64,000 bases of DNA, from NCBI GenBank assembly GCA_038064675.1, contig JBBTSM010000003.1, forward strand, positions 38,663-102,662, read 5' to 3'. This DNA is from Patescibacteria group bacterium (GTDB taxonomy: Bacteria > Patescibacteriota > Patescibacteriia > UBA9934). A program made the translations under genes and the position numbers. Of the stretch, positions 49,842 to 59,389 are shown one piece after another. Position 1 is the stretch's first letter, and every line of letters begins with the position of its first letter. The notes under the pieces were generated by a model. It saw only the letters and a program-made list of their open reading frames with translations. It did not search any database and was not told the origin of the DNA.

Positions 49842-50183
49842 ATGATCAAAGCGCCAATGGCAGGAGTCCATGTGAGTATCGTAGAACAAATTCAGAGCAA
49901 TCGAGTCCGGTACGCCGGTGGGAAGGTCCGCATTCTCCAAAACAGCGGACGGACGGAAGTCGACGGCACCATCGCCAGGATTCTCGTGGAGGGCATTTTC
50001 CTCTGTGTCGTCGAATCGACGCGAACGGTCAGCGAAGACTGGGGCGTAACCTGGAAAGAGTCAGGGCCCGAAACCACCACCGTCCCACTAGCCAACGTTC
50101 AGTTCGATAGCCTGGGAAACATCCTCGCGACGAACCCTCCGTCGATCATCCGCCTCACGCTGTCGCCCGTCGCAGCACCCTAG
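49842..50183 (+). CDS. hypothetical protein (GC-rich plus-strand cassette)
   Basis: 113-aa ORF followed by a GCCGCC-stem terminator. Confidence 0.4.
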   Translation: MIKAPMAGVHVSIVEQIQSNRVRYAGGKVRILQNSGRTEVDGTIARILVEGIFLCVVESTRTVSEDWGVTWKESGPETTTVPLANVQFDSLGNILATNPPSIIRLTLSPVAAP

Positions 50184-50213
50184 CCGTCCGCCCGCCGCGG
50201 ACTGCTCAACGCA

Positions 50214-50255
50214 ACGCCGCCTTCCTACCGGAGGGCGGCGTGTCTGTTTTATTCG
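50214..50255 (+). terminator. terminator hairpin, GCCGCC-stem family
   Basis: ACGCCGCC ttcctaccggag GGCGGCGT followed by gtctgttttattcg. Confidence 0.5.
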
Positions 50256-50599
50256 ATGATTTCTGGATCGAGACCCTTCTGACCAGAGTCGTCAATACGA
50301 ATACGATGATATTCTGTACGCCATGAAGCGCCGTCCTTGGGGAAGAGCAATACTTTTACGAAATATGTATCACGCGTAACACCGGTTACCCAATAGATTC
50401 CTTTTTCGTGAATCGGCGGATACCCGTCTCGCGTGAACCAATGATTGTGCAACGATGTTGAAACGTACCAGCTCATGTCTTCGTTGCCACCGGATTGATT
50501 CCAGTCACCGTCAACAGGACTTGGCCAAAATATTCCGAATACTGCCAAGACAATCGTTATGCACATTGCTCCGAGAACGTACTTTATCATTTTTTTCAT
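50249..50599 (-). CDS. hypothetical membrane-anchored/secreted protein
   Basis: N-terminal hydrophobic segment. 116 aa. Confidence 0.45.
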   Translation of the reverse strand: MKKMIKYVLGAMCITIVLAVFGIFWPSPVDGDWNQSGGNEDMSWYVSTSLHNHWFTRDGYPPIHEKGIYWVTGVTRDTYFVKVLLFPKDGASWRTEYHRIRIDDSGQKGLDPEIIE

Positions 50600-51114
50600 A
50601 ATGCTTCTGGTAAATACGGAACGAATTGCTCACTAAGATACTGATAGATCTTAACAAATCGATCCTGATCCTCATCAACAACAGCCATTCCCCAAACATG
50701 AACATCCGTATCGCCCCACGAAAGATCGTATCCGGTGTTGTCTCCATCAAAAAATTCTGAATCTGTCGTACGTATTCTGTCTGCTCGATGTTGCCGAAGG
50801 TATGCGTAGAGTAATGCCGTTTCCTGTTCGCTCAACGTAAATTCCACACGAGAATCCTTCGGAATCGATTCTTCGGCAGACCAAGAACGCGCAGTACCGT
50901 GGCTTCCGCGAAGAATCACCTCATCGCCCTCTGGCTGCATTCCGCCACCGCTTTGCCATGTGAGAACGAAATCTTGAGGCATGCCTTGTGGAAGCGACGT
51001 GGCCGGAAAAAGTACAAACCACAACAGGCCTCCACCAATCAACAGCACGAATAGCGCACCAACAGCCACACGAAATACGATTCGTTGGGAAAACGCCATA
51101 TCACTACGATACAA
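50596..51114 (-). CDS. hypothetical membrane-anchored protein
   Basis: 172 aa with one TM helix. 4-nt overlap with the downstream gene. Confidence 0.45.
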   Translation of the reverse strand: MYRSDMAFSQRIVFRVAVGALFVLLIGGGLLWFVLFPATSLPQGMPQDFVLTWQSGGGMQPEGDEVILRGSHGTARSWSAEESIPKDSRVEFTLSEQETALLYAYLRQHRADRIRTTDSEFFDGDNTGYDLSWGDTDVHVWGMAVVDEDQDRFVKIYQYLSEQFVPYLPEAL

Positions 51115-51388
51115 ACCAAAGCGCAGACTGAATGAATGTTGCCGGTTGCTTTTGGAATACTGTTCCGCACTGACTGCAAGACATTGTCACAAAACGCTTC
51201 CAGGTAAACACTGGAACACCAAACACATGGATCGCATTCCATTCCTTTTCTCGTTTTGCTGAGGCTACAGCGCCACACGCAGAACACGATTGTTTCGTGC
51301 GCAAGGAATACATTGGCTTCTTTCGCTCAACAACGGAAATAAACGCTGCAAAAAGTCTTGCTATTGGCATATGCAGTCTCGATATCAA
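51104..51388 (-). CDS. hypothetical zinc-ribbon protein
   Basis: Two C-x2-C pairs (CSACG ... CSQCG). Confidence 0.4.
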   Translation of the reverse strand: MISRLHMPIARLFAAFISVVERKKPMYSLRTKQSCSACGAVASAKREKEWNAIHVFGVPVFTWKRFVTMSCSQCGTVFQKQPATFIQSALWFVS

Positions 51389-52806
51389 CGAATCAAATTC
51401 CTCGCGACACGATCAACATCCCCCGCACCCATCACAATCACCACGTCGCTTTCTTTGATCATCGATCGCAACATCGATTCAGCCTCGATGAGATCTTTTA
51501 CATAATACCCTTCTTTTGGCGGAGTCGCCGATGTCATCGCCGCGTCGAGCAATGTTTTGCTGGTCACTGCAGCATCGGATTCCTCCGTTCTGCCAAGCAC
51601 ACCGTAAATTTCAGAGAGGATCAGTACATCCGCACCGCCGAACGATTGCGCAAAATCGTCGAAAAGTTCTTTCGTCCGATTGTGTTGATGCGGCTCGAAA
51701 AGCAACACAATTCTGCTTGTAGGAAAAAATTCTCGCGCACCCTCGAGTGTTGCTTTAACTGCCGTTGGATGATGGCCGTAGTCCGAGATAATCTGCGCGC
51801 CGTTGAATATTCCGACACGTTCGAACCGTCGCCAAATGCCAGTGAACGACGCGAGGGATTCGAGTATCTTCTGCAAGCCGATACCGTATTCGAGCGCAAC
51901 CGCTTTCGCCGCAAACGCGTTCATCATATTGAACAGGCCTGGAATACCGAGCGTGAGCGTTCCGAGTTTTTTCGCCTTATGAATCGCACCGTCTTGTTCA
52001 AGGATATCGAGTGATTGCGTACCGTTCGCAAAATACCGATCGACGTTTGGTAACGGATCGTCCCATGACGTGAAAGCGTGTTGCATAAGTTCGTATCCGT
52101 AGATTCCGATGCGTGCGCTACCGTCTCCACGGTAAAAACATTTCTGCTGATCCTTCATGGTCATCCACACCGTCTTCTGTGTTTGTCGTCCAAGCTGGCC
52201 AAACATCGCCTCAACGTCGGCGAGATCTTTATAGACGTCAGTGTGATCGAGCTCAACATTGGTAATGACGGTTGTTTCTGGGAAAAGTTTCAACACCTTT
52301 CGGAGGTATTCATCACCCTCAATGATCATAATGTCGCTTTTCCCGACTGCGACATTTCCATACTTCCACCCCGGCACGATCGATCCAACGAATACGGTCG
52401 GATCACATCCAGCATCGATAAAAATCTTTCCCGCCATCGCCGTCGTTGTCGATTTTCCGTTCGTTCCCGTGATACAGATCGTCCGATAGTCCTTTGAAAG
52501 CTCACCGAGGAAATCGAAATGCCCCATCTGCGGAATGTTTCGCGATGTCGCCGCAGCACGCTCAGCATTCTCGGCGGTCGCTGCCTCGGTGTACACGACA
52601 AGGTCGGTCTCCGATGGAATGTTCGATGCATCCTGACCGATCGAGACGGGAATTCCGAGTTCGACGAGGCCATCGGTAATCATCGACTGTTTCGCATCGC
52701 TCCCAGAAACCGAAATGTCTTTTGCGAACAAAAACTTCATCACGCCACTGATGCCAATACCTCCAGCGCCGATACAGTGCACGTGACGATACGAATCCAG
52801 TTGCAT
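51385..52806 (-). CDS. murC: UDP-N-acetylmuramate--L-alanine ligase
   Basis: Mur ligase motif GTNGKSTTTAM. 473 aa. Confidence 0.95.
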   Translation of the reverse strand: MQLDSYRHVHCIGAGGIGISGVMKFLFAKDISVSGSDAKQSMITDGLVELGIPVSIGQDASNIPSETDLVVYTEAATAENAERAAATSRNIPQMGHFDFLGELSKDYRTICITGTNGKSTTTAMAGKIFIDAGCDPTVFVGSIVPGWKYGNVAVGKSDIMIIEGDEYLRKVLKLFPETTVITNVELDHTDVYKDLADVEAMFGQLGRQTQKTVWMTMKDQQKCFYRGDGSARIGIYGYELMQHAFTSWDDPLPNVDRYFANGTQSLDILEQDGAIHKAKKLGTLTLGIPGLFNMMNAFAAKAVALEYGIGLQKILESLASFTGIWRRFERVGIFNGAQIISDYGHHPTAVKATLEGAREFFPTSRIVLLFEPHQHNRTKELFDDFAQSFGGADVLILSEIYGVLGRTEESDAAVTSKTLLDAAMTSATPPKEGYYVKDLIEAESMLRSMIKESDVVIVMGAGDVDRVARNLIR

Positions 52807-52808
52807 AC

Positions 52809-53219
52809 CTATGCTTCAATTTCATTTTCAACCGCAATGCCATCATCACTATCTTCTTCCTCTTCTTCTTCGTCGCTCAATACTTCGTCTTCCACACCTT
52901 CGGCGCGAGCATCCATCATTTTCTCTTTCTTATCAATCAATTGACGCTTCACGTCGTCCTTTGCTTCGTCAATTGCGGCATACAAATCATCACGCTCTGC
53001 ATGAGCCCGAACCACGTCTCCGAGTACGACAACGTTCATCTCAGCAAAAAACACATCACCCTTATTATGATGCTCGCTCGTTTTTCCAACCTCTACTGCA
53101 ACGTCGCACGGATCAAATCTCTTTGTAAATCGGGAGATACCCTCAACCCTTTCTGTGACGTAATTCCGAATGGCATCCGTGAGCTCAATGTTTGTTCCCT
53201 GGATTTCGGTAATGCGCAT
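52809..53219 (-). CDS. hpf: ribosome hibernation promoting factor (S30EA/RaiA family)
   Basis: MRITEIQGTNIELTDAIRNYVTERV... matches the HPF/YfiA fold. Acidic C-terminal tail. Confidence 0.85.
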   Translation of the reverse strand: MRITEIQGTNIELTDAIRNYVTERVEGISRFTKRFDPCDVAVEVGKTSEHHNKGDVFFAEMNVVVLGDVVRAHAERDDLYAAIDEAKDDVKRQLIDKKEKMMDARAEGVEDEVLSDEEEEEEDSDDGIAVENEIEA

Positions 53220-53296
53220 ATGGGGGAAAGTAAAAGGTAAAGACCTGACCCCTTAGTTATACCTCGAATAACGAATCGATCAATACGGTTATCCTC

Positions 53297-54265
53297 CTAG
53301 AATCCAACATGCATCACTTCTTCTTCTAAATTCACACCGACTTCTGCAGCCACATGTTTCTTTACTCGCGTCACAAGGCGAAGAATATCCTCTGCCGTTG
53401 CGTGGCCTTTATTTAAGAGGAAGTTTCCGTGCTGCAATGAAACCTCTGCATCCCCAACAGCCGTTCCTTTTAAACCGAGTTTTTCGATAATCCATCCTGC
53501 AGGAATGCGCTTGCGATCGATGAATTCTTGAGGAATATCGTACGCTTGTTGTAACTGTGCAATTTGGGCGTGATCAGTCCACTCAAAGTTCTTGAACATG
53601 CATCCCGCAGACGACGCACCAAGTGGCTGTGTTGCTTTGCGGCCAGCAAGATTCTTTTCAATCTGTGCGAGAGCGGTATCCCGATCACCGACCTCGAGCT
53701 TAAGAACGACATCAAGTACAACGTCGTCGTTGCCGATCTCTTTCAGCACACTGTGCCGATACGCAAAGTGCAAATCGTCATTCGACAACTCGAGGATCGT
53801 TCCCTTACGAAGTACACGAACTGATTCAATCGAATCTCGCATCTCGCCACCAAAACATCCAGCGTTTCCGCGAACGGCACCGCCGATGGTTCCCGGAAGC
53901 GACACCGCCCATTCAAAACCACGCAACCCAGCTTCCGCACTCGCTCGCGCAGCAGCAGAAGAGATGACACCGGCCTCGGCGAATACGTGATTCCCCTCTA
54001 CACGCATCGCGCGATTCGCCGCCTTAATGATGAGGCCCGAAAAACCCTCGTCCGATACGAGCGTGTTCGATCCACCACCAAGAAGAACATATTCCACCGC
54101 AAAGTCCTGCGCCATGTTCACGGCATCGACGAGGTCCTGCATGCTTCGCGCCTCCACAAACCATTTCGCCGGTCCGCCGATGCGAATATTGAGATGCTTC
54201 CCCAACGGTTCATGCTCCTTGAACTGCACCCCGAACCGTTCACGGAATTTATCGGCAAGAGTCAT
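53297..54265 (-). CDS. murB: UDP-N-acetylenolpyruvoylglucosamine reductase
   Basis: FAD-binding PCMH-domain pattern (GGGSNTLV), MurB C-terminal region. 322 aa. Confidence 0.95.
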   Translation of the reverse strand: MTLADKFRERFGVQFKEHEPLGKHLNIRIGGPAKWFVEARSMQDLVDAVNMAQDFAVEYVLLGGGSNTLVSDEGFSGLIIKAANRAMRVEGNHVFAEAGVISSAAARASAEAGLRGFEWAVSLPGTIGGAVRGNAGCFGGEMRDSIESVRVLRKGTILELSNDDLHFAYRHSVLKEIGNDDVVLDVVLKLEVGDRDTALAQIEKNLAGRKATQPLGASSAGCMFKNFEWTDHAQIAQLQQAYDIPQEFIDRKRIPAGWIIEKLGLKGTAVGDAEVSLQHGNFLLNKGHATAEDILRLVTRVKKHVAAEVGVNLEEEVMHVGF

Positions 54266-54267
54266 AC

Positions 54268-54588
54268 TTATCGACGAACGAACGACTTTTCAACGCGAGT
54301 CATTGTTTCCATTTCTTGATCTGCGAGCTTGCGATCAAGATAATCTTTCGTCACCATTTCATTTCGAATTCCTGCAATCTGGCGATCAACCGCATCAAAA
54401 CGATCATCCGTGGAAGACGAGAGCATGTGAATGGCATCCATAGCCTCTTCGTGTAAGGCGTCCATTTTCTTCTCGAGACCGTCAAAGCGGCCTTCAAGTC
54501 CATCGAAACGTCCCTCAAGTCCGTCGAAACGTCCCTCAAGTCCGCGAATCGCGTTCAAGATATCTTTTGTGGATACTTCAGGTTCCAT
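54268..54588 (-). CDS. hypothetical coiled-coil protein with tandem GLEGRFD repeats
   Basis: Three tandem 7-aa repeats encoded by tandem 21-nt DNA repeats. Confidence 0.5.
   Translation of the reverse strand: MEPEVSTKDILNAIRGLEGRFDGLEGRFDGLEGRFDGLEKKMDALHEEAMDAIHMLSSSTDDRFDAVDRQIAGIRNEMVTKDYLDRKLADQEMETMTRVEKSFVRR
54479..54541. repeat. 3 x 21-bp tandem repeat (ccNtcgaaacgNccctcaagt) within coding sequence
   Basis: Seen directly. Units at about 54479, 54500 and 54521. Confidence 0.7.
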
Positions 54589-54669
54589 ATGGCAGCTAGA
54601 GTAGCATAAATATCCGACAAAACGGAATTCTTCACAGAATTGCGCAAAACGTCTATCCTACGCACATCT

Positions 54670-55917
54670 ATGATGACTTTTTCCCACGACACAGAAATTG
54701 CTCAAGCCATGCAAAATGAGCTCGAACGGCAGCGTCACGGATTAGAAATGATCCCTTCCGAAAACTTCGTTTCTGAAGCGGTGCTCGCTGCGCTCGGAAG
54801 CGTCGCGACGAATAAGTACGCCGAAGGCTTGCCAGGCAAACGCTACTACGGCGGATGCCTGCACATCGATGTGATTGAATCCATCGCCATTGAGCGCGCA
54901 AAGAAACTCTTTGGCGCAGAACACGTAAACGTACAACCACACTCTGGCGCGCCAGCAAACAACGCCGTGTACGCCGCGCTTCTTCAGCCAGGCGACACCG
55001 TTCTTGGCATGGATCTTTCTCATGGCGGACACCTCACCCACGGCCATCCAGTTACCGATGCCGCGAAGCGCTACAACTTCCTTCGGTACAAGACGACCGC
55101 AGACGGCACGATCGATTACGAGGAAATCGAAAGCCTCGCACGCGAGCACAAACCAAAGATGATTCTCGTCGGATATTCTGCGTACACTCGTGAAATCGAC
55201 TACGCTCGTATTGCGAAAATCGCCACTGAGGTAGGGGCGCTCACAATGGCAGATATCGCACACATCGCCGGTCTCATTGCTGCAGGTGAAATGAACAATC
55301 CTGTTCCGCTCTTTGATGTCGTCACCACAACCACACACAAAACGCTTCGCGGCCCACGCGGTGGAATGATTATGTGCAAGGAAATTCACGCGAAGGCCAT
55401 CAACAAATCAGTGTTCCCTGGTTTGCAGGGTGGACCACACGAAAATGGCATTGCTGCGAAAGCCGTCGCATTCGGCGAAGCGTTGCAGCCAGAGTTTAAA
55501 GAATACGCAAAACGCATTCGCGCCAATGCAAAAACGTTGGCAGACGAGCTTTCAAAGCGCGGATTCACACTCATGTTTGGTGGAACCGACAATCATCTTC
55601 TCCTCATCGACGTCAGCACAAAGAACGTTACTGGAGCACAGGCTGAAACTGCACTGGACGCTGCCGGGATTACCGTCAACAAGAACATGATTCCAAATGA
55701 TCCACGTGGACCGATGGATCCATCCGGAATCCGCATGGGCACACCAGCGATTACGACCCGCGGCTTAAATGTTGAGCACATGCCCATCATCGCCGAATGG
55801 ATTGACCGCGCGATTCTCAACCACGCCGATCCTGCTATGCTCAGAAGTATCGCCGACGATGTTCGGAAGCTGATGTCGGAATTCCCGTTGTATCCAAATC
55901 TCAAATACACAGCTTAA
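54670..55917 (+). CDS. glyA: serine hydroxymethyltransferase
   Basis: [14 protein letters not shown]-lysine region [13 protein letters not shown]. Start moved to MMTF (54670). Confidence 0.95.
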   Translation: MMTFSHDTEIAQAMQNELERQRHGLEMIPSENFVSEAVLAALGSVATNKYAEGLPGKRYYGGCLHIDVIESIAIERAKKLFGAEHVNVQPHSGAPANNAVYAALLQPGDTVLGMDLSHGGHLTHGHPVTDAAKRYNFLRYKTTADGTIDYEEIESLAREHKPKMILVGYSAYTREIDYARIAKIATEVGALTMADIAHIAGLIAAGEMNNPVPLFDVVTTTTHKTLRGPRGGMIMCKEIHAKAINKSVFPGLQGGPHENGIAAKAVAFGEALQPEFKEYAKRIRANAKTLADELSKRGFTLMFGGTDNHLLLIDVSTKNVTGAQAETALDAAGITVNKNMIPNDPRGPMDPSGIRMGTPAITTRGLNVEHMPIIAEWIDRAILNHADPAMLRSIADDVRKLMSEFPLYPNLKYTA

Positions 55918-55989
55918 AGCCTCACTCGCCCATTTTGCCCAAGGCGTAATCGCCGATCGCTCAAGCGTAGCGATCGCTCATTCTCCAGT

Positions 55990-56832
55990 ATGACCGAAAT
56001 TCTCAACGGGAAAATTCTCGCAAAAACCATTCGCGACAAAGCAAAGATTCGCGTGGAAGCCATGGAGACGCCTCCAGGTCTTGCCGTTATTTTGATTGGC
56101 GAAAATCCTGCGTCGCAGCTGTATGTTCGCCTCAAGGAAGTTGCGGCAAAGGAAGTAGGGATCTACGTTGAGCGCCATGAATGCCCGGCGGACATCAGCA
56201 CGAAAGACGCTATCGCGAAAGTTCAAGAGCTCAACGAGCGCAACGACATCAACGGCATCTTGGTACAGCTTCCGCTTCCTGGCGGGCAGGATACGGACGC
56301 CATCATCAGTGCGATTATGCCAATCAAGGACATCGACGGCTTCCATACGGAAAACCGCCGCCTTCTTCTTGCGAGTACGCCGAACCTTGTTCCGCCAACC
56401 GCGCTTTCACTCATGCGACTCATTCAAGCAACGCGCATACCACTTCGCGGAAAAATCGCCGTTATCCTGGGCAACTCGCAAATCTTCGCTGAACCAATCA
56501 TCGAGCTCCTCCGCGACGCTGGTGTTGCAGCAACATTCGTTCCAAAAGATACCGAAGGCCTTTCTGCCATTACTCGCGCTGCCGACATCCTCATCGTTGC
56601 CGTCGGTATCGCAAACTTCGTCACCGCCGACATGGTAAAGCCATCCGCCGTCGTCCTCGATGTTGGCGCCAACAAATCTGGCGATAAAACCATCGGCGAC
56701 GTTGCCGCCGACGTCATCGGCCAGGCCGGATTCATCTCCCCCGTCCCCGGCGGCGTCGGCCCACTCACCGTGGCGTATCTTTTGCTCAACGTGATTAAAG
56801 CGATGGAACTGCAGGAGAGATTGAGAGGATAA
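55990..56832 (+). CDS. folD: bifunctional 5,10-methylene-THF dehydrogenase/cyclohydrolase
   Basis: YVRLK, PVPGGVGPLTVA motifs. 280 aa. Confidence 0.95.
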   Translation: MTEILNGKILAKTIRDKAKIRVEAMETPPGLAVILIGENPASQLYVRLKEVAAKEVGIYVERHECPADISTKDAIAKVQELNERNDINGILVQLPLPGGQDTDAIISAIMPIKDIDGFHTENRRLLLASTPNLVPPTALSLMRLIQATRIPLRGKIAVILGNSQIFAEPIIELLRDAGVAATFVPKDTEGLSAITRAADILIVAVGIANFVTADMVKPSAVVLDVGANKSGDKTIGDVAADVIGQAGFISPVPGGVGPLTVAYLLLNVIKAMELQERLRG

Positions 56833-56835
56833 AAA

Positions 56836-56860
56836 ACTGCGAGCCGTTTGGCTCGCAGTT
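56836..56860. terminator. bidirectional rho-independent terminator between folD and uvrA
   Basis: ACTGCGAGCC gttt GGCTCGCAGT flanked by A6 upstream and T7 downstream. Confidence 0.75.
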
Positions 56861-56863
56861 TTT

Positions 56864-59380
56864 TTATTTCAAATACTTCCGCAAATACCTTCCCGTGTGA
56901 CTCTTCGGCATTCTCGCGATGTCTTCTGGGGTGCCGACGCCGACGACGGTGCCGCCAAGGTCGCCGCCCTCTGGGCCCATGTCGATAAGCCAGTCGGCGG
57001 TTTTGATGACGTCGAGGTTGTGTTCGATGACGATCATAGAGTTTCCCTTGTCCACGAGACGATGAAGCACGTCGAGAAGTTGTTTTACGTCGTCAAAGTG
57101 CAAACCGGTAGTTGGCTCATCGAGGAGATACAAGGTCTTCCCTGTTTGTCGCTTCGAGAGTTCCGATGCAAGCTTCACGCGCTGCGCCTCGCCACCAGAC
57201 AATGTTGCTGCAGATTGGCCAAGTGTGACGTACGACAATCCAACCTCGTTCAACGCCTTCAACTTATCGGCGATCTCGGAAATATCTTTAAAGAATGGTT
57301 CAGCCTCCTCGATGGTCATATCGAGCACTTGGCTGATGTTCTTTTCTTTATAAACGACCTCGAGTGTTTCGCGGTTGAATCGCTTTCCCTTACACACTTC
57401 GCACGTGACATACACCGTTGGCAAGAAATGCATTTCGATTTCAATCTCACCGTGACCCTCACAGTTTTCACATCGGCCGCCAGGAACGTTGAAACTGAAT
57501 CGACCAGGCTTATAACCGCGGAAACGCGCCTCTTCCGTTGCGGTGAAGAGCTCACGAATCGGCGTCCATGCGCCGGTGTATGTTGCAGGATTCGACCTCG
57601 AAGTGCGGCCAATCGCGCCCTGGTCGATGAGAATTGCTTTATCGATGTATTCCACGCCTAGGACGGACTTTGCGGCGCCAGGAGTGTCTTTTCCACCGTA
57701 CAACTTCTTCGCGATCGACTTATACATTACGTCGTAGGCCAAGGTCGATTTCCCCGATCCCGAAACACCCGTCACACAAATGAATCGACGCAACGGGAAG
57801 TCGACATCGATGTTCTTGAGATTGTTTTCAGTAGCTCCTCGGACTTTAATCGCGCCGACCGAGCTATCGCGTCGCTCCTCGGGGACCTCGATTTTCGCAT
57901 CACCACGAAGATACGCCGCAGTACGAGACTTCTTATTCTGGAATACTTCCGGAGTCTTTCCTTCCGCTACAACATATCCGCCGTGCTTTCCGGCTCCTGG
58001 ACCAATCTCCACCATGTAATCCGATCGACGAATCGTATCCTCATCATGCTCAACGACGAGCACCGTGTTCCCGATATCGCGAAGATGTTCAAGGGTCTCG
58101 ATGAGCCGTTCGTTGTCGCGTTGGTGCAGTCCGATTGTTGGTTCATCGAGAACATACAGTGCGCCCACCAGGCTCGATCCGATTTGCGACGCGAGACGAA
58201 TGCGCTGTGCCTCGCCACCGGAAAGCGTTCCTGCGGTTCGATTCAGCGTGAGGTAATGCAAGCCCACATCGAGCATGAAGGACAATCGCGACTCGATTTC
58301 TTTAAGCACGGCACTCGCAATGGTTCGCTCACGCTCGCTCAATCCGAGTTCGAGGAAGAACGTTACTGCTGCGTCGATCGACATCGATGTCACATCTACG
58401 ATCGATTTCCCGGCGATAAAAACGGACAGCGCCTCTTTCCGCAATCGATCTCCATGACACGTTTCGCAAGGCTCCGATGAAAAGAGATCGACCGTTCCCA
58501 AGCCCGAACACGCAGCGCATGCGCCGTATGGGCTATTAAATGAAAATAAACGAGGCTCGATATCGGGAAACGAGAATCCACAATCAACACAGCTAAACTT
58601 GGACGATAACAATCGTTCTTCCTTGCTCGGCATGACGGCAATTGCGAGATCGGAACCTTGCGCCAGGGCCTTTTCTAACGCTTCGCTTAATCGCTGACGA
58701 TCATCTTTCTTTGGCGACAGCAACGAGCTCGCTGGCAGCGTGTCGATGACAACTTCAATGGTGTGTTGCTTGTATCGCGACAACTCGATCTTCTCGCTTA
58801 ATCGATAGAGTTTTCCGTCGACACGCACTTTTGCAAAACCACTGTTGTAAAGATCGTAGAGCAATTGGTAGTACTCCCCCTTTCGTCCACGAATGATCGG
58901 GGCAAGAATCAATACTTCGTCACCCGATTTCAGCTTTGCGATCCCTTCAACATCACGGATGACGATGTCGGACATTTCATCAACCGTGAGTTTCTCGATC
59001 TTCTTATGACAGTTCGGACAAAATGGCACGCCAATTCGAGCGTACAACACACGAAGGTAATCGTAGATCTCAGTGATGGTCGCAATCGTGCTTCGCGGAT
59101 TTCGTGAATGCGCTTTCTGATCGATACTAATTGCCGGAGACAAGCCTTCGATCTCATCAACATCCGGCTTCTGCATCTGCCCCAAAAATTGCCGAGCGTA
59201 GGCGGACAATGATTCTACATACCGACGCTGACCCTCGGCAAAAATCGTATCGAACGCCAAACTCGACTTTCCGCTTCCAGATAATCCCGTAATACAAATC
59301 ATCTGGTTTCGCGGAAGCGACACCGTAATATTCTTCAAATTGTGCTGACGCGCACCTTTGACGACAATGTGATTGAGCAT
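56864..59380 (-). CDS. uvrA: excinuclease ABC subunit A
   Basis: Two ABC ATPase modules ([28 protein letters not shown]), zinc-finger cysteines, signature LSGGEAQR x2. 838 aa, which is shorter than E. coli UvrA. Confidence 0.95.
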   Translation of the reverse strand: MLNHIVVKGARQHNLKNITVSLPRNQMICITGLSGSGKSSLAFDTIFAEGQRRYVESLSAYARQFLGQMQKPDVDEIEGLSPAISIDQKAHSRNPRSTIATITEIYDYLRVLYARIGVPFCPNCHKKIEKLTVDEMSDIVIRDVEGIAKLKSGDEVLILAPIIRGRKGEYYQLLYDLYNSGFAKVRVDGKLYRLSEKIELSRYKQHTIEVVIDTLPASSLLSPKKDDRQRLSEALEKALAQGSDLAIAVMPSKEERLLSSKFSCVDCGFSFPDIEPRLFSFNSPYGACAACSGLGTVDLFSSEPCETCHGDRLRKEALSVFIAGKSIVDVTSMSIDAAVTFFLELGLSERERTIASAVLKEIESRLSFMLDVGLHYLTLNRTAGTLSGGEAQRIRLASQIGSSLVGALYVLDEPTIGLHQRDNERLIETLEHLRDIGNTVLVVEHDEDTIRRSDYMVEIGPGAGKHGGYVVAEGKTPEVFQNKKSRTAAYLRGDAKIEVPEERRDSSVGAIKVRGATENNLKNIDVDFPLRRFICVTGVSGSGKSTLAYDVMYKSIAKKLYGGKDTPGAAKSVLGVEYIDKAILIDQGAIGRTSRSNPATYTGAWTPIRELFTATEEARFRGYKPGRFSFNVPGGRCENCEGHGEIEIEMHFLPTVYVTCEVCKGKRFNRETLEVVYKEKNISQVLDMTIEEAEPFFKDISEIADKLKALNEVGLSYVTLGQSAATLSGGEAQRVKLASELSKRQTGKTLYLLDEPTTGLHFDDVKQLLDVLHRLVDKGNSMIVIEHNLDVIKTADWLIDMGPEGGDLGGTVVGVGTPEDIARMPKSHTGRYLRKYLK

Positions 59381-59389
59381 AGATGCAAT

